Assembly: GCA_030595585.1 (NCBI GenBank)
Contig: JAUVCY010000001.1
Location: forward strand, 1-31,498
DNA: 31,498 bases
Source: Thermoplasmatota archaeon
Lineage (GTDB): Archaea; Thermoplasmatota; Penumbrarchaeia; Penumbrarchaeales; Penumbrarchaeaceae
Direction of reading: 5' to 3'
This document shows positions 15,149 through 23,411 of the stretch, piece by piece. A model generated the notes under the pieces. The model saw only the letters and a program-made list of their open reading frames with translations, ran no database searches and was not told where the DNA came from. Position numbers and translations under genes: made by a program. Position 1 is the stretch's first letter. Every line of letters starts with the position of its first letter.

Positions 15149-16681
15149 TTATATTATGTGATGGCCGTCCCGGGGAACCCTCTCTATCACCATTCCTTCG
15201 ATGTAGATAGGTTCGAGCTTCTTTGAGACGCTCAGGGCCGTCTGAAGCTTTCTCCTGTGGTCGGAGTGGACGGTGTAAAGCAGATCGCCCTTCCTCACCT
15301 TGTCGCCCTTCTTCTTGTGTAGGTAGATCCCACCATATTTTTCGTGTGGACAGCCGGCGGCCCTGCATATCTTCACGATCGACCTGTTGTTGATCGAGGC
15401 CACATACCCATCCTTGGGCGCACGGACCTCATCGACGTATCGGCTCTCCCTGACAGACCCGGAACTGATCTCCTTGAGGTCGCACCCCTGGGCCCTGATG
15501 ATCTCCTTGAACTTCTCCAGGGCCCTGCCGCTCTTCAGGATCTCCTCCGCCTTGCGTTTACCGTTCTCGTGCGTCCCACCCATCTCCAGAATGATCCCGG
15601 CGATCGACAGGGCCTTCTCCACAACGCTTGAGGATGGTGTCTCACCCTCCAGTACCTGGAGAGCCTCCTTGACCTCGAGTGCCGGGCCTATGGCCCTTCC
15701 GATCGGCTGACCTCCGTAGGTGATGGCACATTCGACGTGTATCCCGATGCCGTCACCTATCTCGATGAAGTCCCTCGCGTACTTGCGCGCCAGGGCCATG
15801 TCCGGGACCTTGGTGTTCTCCCCGGTGGGTATGTCGATAAGAAGGTAGTCGGCTCCAACTGCCTTCTTCTTTGCCAGGACGGATGCGATCACCTGGGAGT
15901 AGGGATCTATCGCAAGGGGGTATTCGGCCCTTATGATGATATCATCCGCCGGTGCGATGTTGACCCCGCCTCCCCATGCGATCACACCACCCACGGTCTC
16001 GGTTATGTTCTTGATGCGGTGGGAGGGCAGCGTCACATTGGCTATCGTCTCCAGGATGTCCGCGGTGCCCCCGGCGGAGGATATCGCCCTTGAGCACGTC
16101 TTGGGAATAAGGAGCCCTGCGGCCGCCACGATCGGGACCACGATAAGGGTGATCTTGTTCCCTGGAGCCCCTCCTATGGAGTGGAAATCGTAGATGGGCT
16201 CTCCGTCTATATCGATCACCTCACCGGTCTTGACGATGCTCATCGTCAGGTCCTTGATCTCCCGGTTGTTCATCGGGTTTATGTAGGTGGCGGTGACGAA
16301 GGCCGCCAGCTCCACGTCCGAGAGGAGATGGTTCGTTATGTCCTCCGTCAGCACCTGGATCTCCTCGGCCTCCAGCTCCAGACCCTTCATGATCTTCTTG
16401 ATTATCTCTATGGACCGCGGCCTCTGGGCGGGAACCATTCTGACCTCCTCTCCCCCCGCCACCTTCAGGATGCCTCCTCCCCTCTTCAATACGCCGATCG
16501 AGCCGACCCCGACCACGGAGTCCGTCAATTCCACAAGTGCGGTGATGGAGCGGTCGTCCCTGGACACCTTGACCCGGTCCAGGGCCCTCAGTCCGAGCAC
16601 ACGGGCGTCACCGCGGTTCATGACCACGGTGAAATCTGCAGTTTCCAGGTCGATCGTGACCACCTTGAATGTGTCCGGCAT
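15149..16681 (-). CDS. deoA: AMP phosphorylase (archaeal thymidine-phosphorylase family)
   Basis: N-terminal double-psi barrel-like region ALDRVKV, DFHSIGGAPGNK, IPKTCSRAISSAGGTAD, SVLAKKKAVG, QPIGRAIGPALE, GIYLHKKKGDKV. GAGGAGG SD supports start 16681 (ORF track 16735). Confidence 0.95.
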   Translation of the reverse strand: MPDTFKVVTIDLETADFTVVMNRGDARVLGLRALDRVKVSRDDRSITALVELTDSVVGVGSIGVLKRGGGILKVAGGEEVRMVPAQRPRSIEIIKKIMKGLELEAEEIQVLTEDITNHLLSDVELAAFVTATYINPMNNREIKDLTMSIVKTGEVIDIDGEPIYDFHSIGGAPGNKITLIVVPIVAAAGLLIPKTCSRAISSAGGTADILETIANVTLPSHRIKNITETVGGVIAWGGGVNIAPADDIIIRAEYPLAIDPYSQVIASVLAKKKAVGADYLLIDIPTGENTKVPDMALARKYARDFIEIGDGIGIHVECAITYGGQPIGRAIGPALEVKEALQVLEGETPSSSVVEKALSIAGIILEMGGTHENGKRKAEEILKSGRALEKFKEIIRAQGCDLKEISSGSVRESRYVDEVRAPKDGYVASINNRSIVKICRAAGCPHEKYGGIYLHKKKGDKVRKGDLLYTVHSDHRRKLQTALSVSKKLEPIYIEGMVIERVPRDGHHII

Positions 16682-16779
16682 ATCCTCCTCATCGATCTCG
16701 CTGTTCTCTTTTTTCATGATCTTCCCCTTCTTCACGATATATCATGGAATGTGTATTTCTACGTTTTCATCCGTTGATG

Positions 16780-17724
16780 TCACAGCCAGGAGAAATGGCC
16801 CACCAGTTCGGGAGGGATCATATCATCTATCCGCATCCCCGCCTCCTCCGGTGATATCGGGCCCCTCTCCGTTACTATCGAATCGATGAAGCGCCCTGGT
16901 GTCACATCAAATATGGGGTTTTCAAATCTCACTCCCTCCATATCCTCTACCCTGAGCGGGTCCGCCACCTCCTTCGGCCCCCTGTCCTCTATTGGTACAT
17001 CCGCACCCGCAAAGGCCGTCGGTGAGAACTTGTACGTCTCGGCACAGGTGTGGAAGGGTACGGAATTCTCCCCCGCAGAGAGGGCGATCTGGGAGGTCCC
17101 GATCTTGTTGATCAGGTCCCCGCATCGTGTTACGGTATCCGCACCCACCATCACGATGTCCACATCCTTCATGATGTGGTTCACCGCCGAATCGACGATC
17201 ATGGTAACGGGGACGCCGTTCCCGGCCAGCCATCTCGATGTTATGTGGCCCTGCCTCCAGGGCCTCGTCTCCGTGTTGATGACCCTCCTGACCTTTCCGA
17301 GCTTGTACCCCTCGTATATCGCCGAGAGGGCTGCAGATGAGTTGCAGTGGGTGAGAACGGTTGCATTGTCGGGTATCAGGACGGCCCCTTCCCTGCCTAT
17401 GCTCTCAACGGAATCCCTGGATCGGGTGATGAAATCTCCCGATCTCCGGATCACGTCCTCCCTCAGCTCGGGGCCATCCAGCGACGCCATACCGGAGAGG
17501 GTGAGGATGATCGCATTCCTGAGGGATACCGCTGTGGGCCTTGTGGAGAGGAGCGCCGATGCCGCCTCCCTGAGGTCGGAGGATAGATCTCCACTTACGT
17601 TGCCATAGGCCAGTTCTCCAAGGGCCCTGGAGGCTGCCCTCCCGATCCTCCCCGCACCCCGCACCCTCATACTGAGTATGTCGTCGGCGATGCGCTCTAT
17701 GGGTCCGGATCCTCTTTCATCCAT
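16780..17724 (-). CDS. e2b2: Ribose-1,5-bisphosphate isomerase (eIF-2B alpha/beta/delta family)
   Basis: MRVRGAGRIG, TRPTAVSLRNA, LTHCNSSAA, ETRPWRQG, VGADTV, NKIGTSQIAL, ENPIFDVTP; adjacent to AMP phosphorylase. Confidence 0.93.
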   Translation of the reverse strand: MDERGSGPIERIADDILSMRVRGAGRIGRAASRALGELAYGNVSGDLSSDLREAASALLSTRPTAVSLRNAIILTLSGMASLDGPELREDVIRRSGDFITRSRDSVESIGREGAVLIPDNATVLTHCNSSAALSAIYEGYKLGKVRRVINTETRPWRQGHITSRWLAGNGVPVTMIVDSAVNHIMKDVDIVMVGADTVTRCGDLINKIGTSQIALSAGENSVPFHTCAETYKFSPTAFAGADVPIEDRGPKEVADPLRVEDMEGVRFENPIFDVTPGRFIDSIVTERGPISPEEAGMRIDDMIPPELVGHFSWL

Positions 17725-17759
17725 CTCCTATCCTCCGAAATCGTGATCGGCAGCAGGGT

Positions 17760-18476
17760 TCACTCGTAACTGGTGCTGAACATCTCACCGTGGCCGGGGA
17801 TGATGTGATCGCAGTAGATCATCAGGTCCTTCAATGACTTGATGGAGGTCACGCGGCCGCGAACGATCCCCTCCTCATCCTCTTTCCTGAAGGCATCCAT
17901 TATCTCTTTGACCTGGGGGTTATCTCCGCTGTCAAGTGCGTATCCGACGATGCCCACGATCTTGCCCGCCAGGTGTTTCGTATCCGGGTCCAGAAGCTCC
18001 TCTCTTGCCGGCAGGTGGACCAGGAGTACCAGCGTGCCCGGCGCGGGAAAGGGGAGCCTCACGAGCTTGAGGTATCTGTCGATCCAATGATATGGGGTGC
18101 CGATCATCACCTTTCTCACCGCTCCCAGGGTCCCGCCCCACTCCTCCTCACGTATGTGCTGAAGGGCATTTACGAATATGCTGTCATTGCCGTTGAAATT
18201 GGAGTTCGCCCTGGTGGTGACCAGCACGTTCACCTTCTCCAACGGGACCGAGATCTCCCTCATCCTATCCCTGATATCCTGTTCCTGGTCCTGGGAACCC
18301 GAGTCCACGGACACCGTGTTGGTGGAGGTCTTGACCAGCGTGACCGACGATCTGGATGTGGAGCTTCCCCTCCTGCCCGAACCAACCGCCACCGGCACTA
18401 TCGACATCTTCCTGGTCCCGAAGTCATCGTTGTACTGCTGGACCACGCCGTCATCCCCTACGCTTGTTTCGGACAT
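17760..18476 (-). CDS. Metallo-beta-lactamase-fold protein with degenerate metal-binding motifs (probable pseudoenzyme)
   Basis: SSVTLVK...VDSG (motif 1) and DHIIPGHG (motif 5) are retained; HxHxDH is replaced by R-A-N-S-N-F. Confidence 0.75.
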   Translation of the reverse strand: MSETSVGDDGVVQQYNDDFGTRKMSIVPVAVGSGRRGSSTSRSSVTLVKTSTNTVSVDSGSQDQEQDIRDRMREISVPLEKVNVLVTTRANSNFNGNDSIFVNALQHIREEEWGGTLGAVRKVMIGTPYHWIDRYLKLVRLPFPAPGTLVLLVHLPAREELLDPDTKHLAGKIVGIVGYALDSGDNPQVKEIMDAFRKEDEEGIVRGRVTSIKSLKDLMIYCDHIIPGHGEMFSTSYE

Positions 18477-18499
18477 TTGGAAATCCCCATGTGAACGAT

Positions 18500-20560
18500 C
18501 TAAGGACTGGAAGGCTGCGGGGCCTTTTTATCTTTTACCCCATCTCTCACCTTTACGGCAACTCCAGCCTTGGCCTCGAGCATCAGCCTTGAGGAGACCA
18601 TGGCTTTCCCTACGGCGAACAGCGCGCCGTTCTCCCCCACGACCATCACCTCATCTCCGGGCCTGATGTTCTCATCGGCCGACCGGACGAACTTGCAGAA
18701 TACGTTGTATCCCTGCGCATTGTACTCTCCCGTATCATCTTCCACCACCACCCTCCAATTCGTCCCGGCGCCATGGAGCCTCCTCGCCCCCTCGAGTTTA
18801 AGGGTGAACATCCCGTCCTCCGCCCTGAGCGAGAGCAGGTGGACCTCCTCTCCATCCTTTCCCGACAACATCACGTTCCTTATCTTCCCGGTCCTTCTGG
18901 ACCGCTTGATGATCAGCCTGGATGCCAGCTCCCTGGCAGTGTCCCAGCTTCCGAAGAGGATCTCGTCGGCCCCTTTCCCCCCGATAATGCCGAACTGCAT
19001 TCTGGTGATATTGGCGACCTTGAGGGCCAGGAAGGACATCTCATCCCCCGCTCCTTTTGTCTCCGGGGGGTCCTCGGCGCCCGTCCAGTGGACCACCTCA
19101 CCTCTCGATCCCCGTATCACGGGCTCCATGGAGGAGATGATGCCCTCCATCACCTCATCGGTGAGCGATTCGGGCCGGGGGAATACGGATTGGGATATGG
19201 GATACATGTCCTCGATATCATAAGGTGCCGGGCCCAGGGGGGTTCTGATCACCACCCGATCGCCCGATGATGACGCACTGTTCAGCGCCACTTCCACTTT
19301 GTGGGAATGGGTCCTTCCCCAATCCGTCAGGATCAGGGTCCTCCCGTGGTCCACCGTTCGATAATTGGACGTCAGGCCGTCCTTGAACCGTTGAAATTCA
19401 GGGCGGCAGCGGGAGAGGGCCAGGTCGGAGCACATGAACCTCCTGGTGCTTCTGGGGGCCGACTCCTCCAGATGCCCTTTGTGCTGCTCCAGCCTCCTCA
19501 CCGCAGAGTACATGGCGGGGTGATACAGGGCGGACCTCTCCACCATCTCCCAGATGGTGCCCTCCTTCAGCGATATCCTGATCTCGTTCATGATCCCCCT
19601 CAGGGACCAGAGGTTGTGCCTCGAGAGGAGTCCGACCCTCTTCGGCTCCTCCATATCCTTCAGGTCCGAAGGGTCATATCTCGAACAGACCGGACACGAA
19701 CACGGAAAGGAATCCATCTCCCGGAGATGCCTTGTCCTGTCCCGGGTCATGTATCTTCCACCCTGTGCGAACTTGGCATATGAGGCGGAGTCGAAGAGGT
19801 CGCACCCGAGTGCTGCAGCCAGAGGCAGTATCATGGGGTGCCCCGCCCCGAAGAGATGTGTGGGTATCGAAGGCCCCAGTCCCCTTTTCCCGGCCACGAT
19901 GACATCCACAAGATCGGAATATCGATACGATTCCATCAATGGCACCACCCCTCCGATGGGGGAGTACGCGGACCCCATCTCCCTCACCGAGCGGCCTGAC
20001 AGCTCCCGAAGGTCCATGTGGACGCCGCCCTGGACCGGGATCGCCAGCTCCATATCTCCCATCACCTTCAGTGATCTGGACCCCCTATCAAGCGTGATAT
20101 CAAGGTCCTGTTTTGCCTCATCCCACGTGGAGGAGGGGACCGTGAACTTGTCCAGTATCGTTCCGATATCGGAGCCGATATCCCTCTGGAACTCGACGAT
20201 CTCCAGAGGGGTGACGTCCACCTCTTTTCCTTTTCCGGACCCGTACATATACGACTGGAAGGTCCCGGAATCGGTCATTATCATGCCGTCGTAATCAAGA
20301 AGCTTATGCAGCCCTTCATCCAGTGCGCGCTCCCTCAGTCTATCTCCCCTGCGGATGATATACGAGTTCGTGATTATCATGTCGTGGCCGAAGGTCTCCT
20401 TCAGCTCCTCCGGGGTCACCGCGTTCTCCCCGCTTGTGATGTTCGGGTTCACCACGGGCATCAGGTTCGGGGTCTCGATGGTCCTCCCCCTGACCGTGAA
20501 CTTTCCGATCCTCCCCGCCAGGTCGCACTCCCTCACCTCGAATTTGGATATTGTCTCCAT
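18500..20560 (-). CDS. tgtA: Archaeosine tRNA-guanine(15) transglycosylase with C-terminal PUA domain
   Basis: DLAGRIG, ETPNLMPV, ITNSYII, MTDSGTFQ, HLFGAGHP, DLFDSASY, Zn site CSCPVC...HNL, PUA NVFCKFV...IRPGDEV...AVKVR. Confidence 0.97.
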   Translation of the reverse strand: METISKFEVRECDLAGRIGKFTVRGRTIETPNLMPVVNPNITSGENAVTPEELKETFGHDMIITNSYIIRRGDRLRERALDEGLHKLLDYDGMIMTDSGTFQSYMYGSGKGKEVDVTPLEIVEFQRDIGSDIGTILDKFTVPSSTWDEAKQDLDITLDRGSRSLKVMGDMELAIPVQGGVHMDLRELSGRSVREMGSAYSPIGGVVPLMESYRYSDLVDVIVAGKRGLGPSIPTHLFGAGHPMILPLAAALGCDLFDSASYAKFAQGGRYMTRDRTRHLREMDSFPCSCPVCSRYDPSDLKDMEEPKRVGLLSRHNLWSLRGIMNEIRISLKEGTIWEMVERSALYHPAMYSAVRRLEQHKGHLEESAPRSTRRFMCSDLALSRCRPEFQRFKDGLTSNYRTVDHGRTLILTDWGRTHSHKVEVALNSASSSGDRVVIRTPLGPAPYDIEDMYPISQSVFPRPESLTDEVMEGIISSMEPVIRGSRGEVVHWTGAEDPPETKGAGDEMSFLALKVANITRMQFGIIGGKGADEILFGSWDTARELASRLIIKRSRRTGKIRNVMLSGKDGEEVHLLSLRAEDGMFTLKLEGARRLHGAGTNWRVVVEDDTGEYNAQGYNVFCKFVRSADENIRPGDEVMVVGENGALFAVGKAMVSSRLMLEAKAGVAVKVRDGVKDKKAPQPSSP

Positions 20561-20561
20561 A

Positions 20562-21551
20562 TCATCCCTCCTCCAGAACCTCAGGGTTGAGGCAGTGTTT
20601 GGGGCGCCTTCTCGAGAGAACGTCCATCACGCCTTCGGACGCCAGCATGGCCATCTCGATCCTTGTCCCCTCCGTGGCAGAGCCGAGGTGCGGCAGGAGG
20701 ACCACGTTGTCGAGCTCCATCAATCCTGGGTACACCTTTGGCTCCTCCTCGTACACATCGAGGCCTGCCCCGTGGATCCGCCTCTCCCCGAGGGCTTCGG
20801 AGAGGGCCTTCTCGTCGATCACCGGCCCCCTGGCGGTATTTATCAAGATCGCACTTCTCTTCATGATCGAGAGCTCCCGTCTTCCGATCATGTGTCTGGT
20901 CTCCTCCGTAAGAGGTACGTGAAGGGAGATGATGTCCGATCCCCTCAGGAGCTCCTCCAGGGAGAGGTAGCGGGCGCTGAACTTCTCCTCGACCGCCTCG
21001 TTCCTGTTTCTGGAATGGTAAACTATCTTCAGACCGAATCCCCTTGCCCTCTCCATCACCGCCTGGCCTATCTTGCCAGCACCTATGATGCCGAGCGTCC
21101 TTCCCCTCAGGTCCTTTCCCAGAAGCAGCTTCGGGCTCCAGACCTTGAAACGCCCCTCCCTCACGAAACGATCGGACTCCACCACCCTCCTCGAGACGGA
21201 GAGCAGGAGGGACATGGCGATGTCCGCGGTAGCGTCCGTGAGGACCCCGGGTGTGTTCATGACCGGTATGGATCTTCTGGTGGCCTCATCAAGGGAGATG
21301 TTATCATAGCCGACCGCATAGTTCGCGATAGCTCTGAGCTTCGGGCCGCTGTCCAGCAGGTGTCCATCCACCCTGTCGCTCAGCATGGGGATCAGTCCAT
21401 CAGCGTTGCGAACACGTTCAAGGAGGATATCCCTCGGCATCGGCCCCTCGCCCTCCCAGATGTCCAGATGGGCGAACTCCCTGAGCCCCTTGATCCCCTC
21501 CTCGGGAAGTGACCTGGTGATGAGAACGATGGGTTTTCCGTTTGATTTCAT
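20562..21551 (-). CDS. gyaR: Glyoxylate reductase / D-glycerate dehydrogenase (D-2-hydroxyacid dehydrogenase)
   Basis: ANYAVGYDNI, NTPGVLTDATAD, GIIGAGKIG (Rossmann), LHVPLTEET, INTARG, LDVYEEEP, LPHLGSAT. AGGTGA SD supports ATG 21551. Confidence 0.93.
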   Translation of the reverse strand: MKSNGKPIVLITRSLPEEGIKGLREFAHLDIWEGEGPMPRDILLERVRNADGLIPMLSDRVDGHLLDSGPKLRAIANYAVGYDNISLDEATRRSIPVMNTPGVLTDATADIAMSLLLSVSRRVVESDRFVREGRFKVWSPKLLLGKDLRGRTLGIIGAGKIGQAVMERARGFGLKIVYHSRNRNEAVEEKFSARYLSLEELLRGSDIISLHVPLTEETRHMIGRRELSIMKRSAILINTARGPVIDEKALSEALGERRIHGAGLDVYEEEPKVYPGLMELDNVVLLPHLGSATEGTRIEMAMLASEGVMDVLSRRRPKHCLNPEVLEEG

Positions 21552-21569
21552 ATCCTTCACCTACCCTGA

Positions 21570-21584
21570 GGTTAACGGTTTTTC
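21570..21584 (-). promoter_or_regulatory. BRE-TATA promoter candidate for gyaR (GAAAAACCGTTAACC on minus strand)
   Basis: Resembles the element at 5759-5773; about 20-30 nt upstream of ATG 21551. Confidence 0.4.
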
Positions 21585-21586
21585 AA

Positions 21587-21815
21587 GGATACCAACCTAA
21601 CTTTGACATATGGGCACAGATGAGTGTCAAAGCGAGGCCTCTCACAACTTCGACAGGCTCGGATCATATTATGTTATTGTGCCTGTCAAGGTTGGGATCC
21701 AGCCTAACTTTTACATATGGATACAGATGAGTATCAAAGTGAGGCCTCTCACAACTTTGACAGGCTAGGATCATATTATATTATTGTGCCTGTCAAGGTT
21801 GGGATACCAACTTAA
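21587..21815. repeat. Tandem repeat of a 107-108 bp hairpin-rich unit (2 full copies plus a partial third)
   Basis: Units start at 21587, 21695 and 21802; GACAGGC at 21652 and 21759 (period 107). Copies are highly similar and fill the divergent gyaR / AAA intergenic region. Confidence 0.92.
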
Positions 21816-21887
21816 TTAATATAACCATTGCCCTTTTCCCAAACCAGCCGGGCCGACATCGGTTCAGGCCTTCAGGAGGACATGGAC

Positions 21888-23342
21888 ATGGTTTCCACGG
21901 ATCACGGAGATGCAGCATCGCTCAAGGACTCTGGATACGTTCCCAGGACCGCGCAGGAGGCGCTTGCCGGCAGGATACTTTCGGAGCTGGACTCGCTCAG
22001 GTCCAAGGGCTACTCAAGGAAGGAGGCGATCGCACTTCTATTTCGGAACGTGGTACTCGACCCGGAGGTCCTGGACACGTTCATCGCAGCTCTAATAGGG
22101 GGAAGCCACATACTGCTTTTCGGCCCATCGGGGACGGGGAAGACAAGCCTGGCAAAGGAGCTCTGGACCTTCTTTCCAAAGGAGATCTACACGGTCGATG
22201 GGTGCCCTGTGCAGGACGACCCTATGTCGGTGGTGGATCCCGCGTTTTTCGGAAGGGTCCCCTGCTGCCCCTCGTGCCAGTCGAGGTTTGGGTCCGGGGC
22301 CGATATCTTCGACCCCTCCAACGTGGACCCAAAGGGCGTTCCCGTGAATAGGGTCACGCTGAAGGAGGGGTATGGACTTGCCAGGCTGCAGGGATCGTCC
22401 GAGGTGTTTCCGGACAACCTCACAGGCGTATTCAACCTGCACAAACTGGAGGAGATCGGCGACCCCACAAGCCCCCTGATACTCGAGCCCGGCAAACTGC
22501 TCCAGGCGAATAGAGGGCTCCTGATGGTCGACGAGGTGGGAAAACTGCCCCTTGGAACACAGAACGTCCTGCTCCAGGCGCTTCAGGAGGGCATAGTCAC
22601 GCCGGCGAAATCCAGGGAGACCTTCCCGGCGAACTTCGTGGCCATAACCACTTCAAATCTCCGGGACCTCGATGCGATCAACGAGCCCCTGAACGACAGG
22701 TTGAGCAATATATACATCTCCTACAACAGGGATCATATGAAGAACCGGAGCATCATAGACATCGCCCTGGGAGGTAAAGGGGCGGAGGCATTCTTCTCCG
22801 AGATATTCCTTCAGGCGGCCGTGTTCCTCGTGGAGGCGTGGAGGGACCTTTCGGTGGACATACCCGAGCTCTCCGAGGTGGGGTCCAACAGGACGATCCT
22901 CGACACCGTCACCCGTTCCATAGCATATTCGAAACTGGCCAGGGAGCCCTTCGTATCAAAGGAGAGCTTCTCCATGGGCGTCAGGGACGCGCTCTACGGC
23001 AGGATCAGGGCACGGGGCGGCGACTCGTTCATGAGGAACGAGGAGATCGTCAAGGAGTTCATGACCGGCTCCCTTGACCTGAACATAGAGAGGGGGTTCA
23101 GGATGTACTGGTGCACGTTCTTCAAGAGGGACCTGGAGGGGTCCGTTTCAAGGGCGGAAAAGCTGGTGAGGGCGATGTCAACAGGGAAGGTCCCGGCAGA
23201 AGGGGACGGCGGACTGCTGAGAAAGTACATCATGAGGATGGAGAGGAACCGTGGGACCCTTGACGAAGGAGAGGTGCTCGAACAGGTCGTATCGATAATG
23301 AACTCAATGTCCGATTTCGGATGCACCGAGAGGCGCGAATAA
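21888..23342 (+). CDS. AAA+ ATPase, Mg-chelatase-subunit-I/MoxR-like
   Basis: Walker A GPSGTGKT, CPVQDDP, GKLLQANRGLLMVDE (Walker B), QNVLLQALQEG, sensor TTSN, EPLNDRL. Start ATG 21888 after CAGGAGG SD (ORF track 21828). Confidence 0.88.
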   Translation: MVSTDHGDAASLKDSGYVPRTAQEALAGRILSELDSLRSKGYSRKEAIALLFRNVVLDPEVLDTFIAALIGGSHILLFGPSGTGKTSLAKELWTFFPKEIYTVDGCPVQDDPMSVVDPAFFGRVPCCPSCQSRFGSGADIFDPSNVDPKGVPVNRVTLKEGYGLARLQGSSEVFPDNLTGVFNLHKLEEIGDPTSPLILEPGKLLQANRGLLMVDEVGKLPLGTQNVLLQALQEGIVTPAKSRETFPANFVAITTSNLRDLDAINEPLNDRLSNIYISYNRDHMKNRSIIDIALGGKGAEAFFSEIFLQAAVFLVEAWRDLSVDIPELSEVGSNRTILDTVTRSIAYSKLAREPFVSKESFSMGVRDALYGRIRARGGDSFMRNEEIVKEFMTGSLDLNIERGFRMYWCTFFKRDLEGSVSRAEKLVRAMSTGKVPAEGDGGLLRKYIMRMERNRGTLDEGEVLEQVVSIMNSMSDFGCTERRE

Positions 23343-23411
23343 GCTGCCGGGGGTGAGCAGACGACGGAAGATAAAGGCACCATTCGCTATCCCCACATCA
23401 AGGGGGCCGGG

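Noticed and set aside
21587-21815. CRISPR array interpretation of the 107-bp repeat
   Set aside because: The whole unit is duplicated; there are no unique spacers between short identical repeats and no cas genes.
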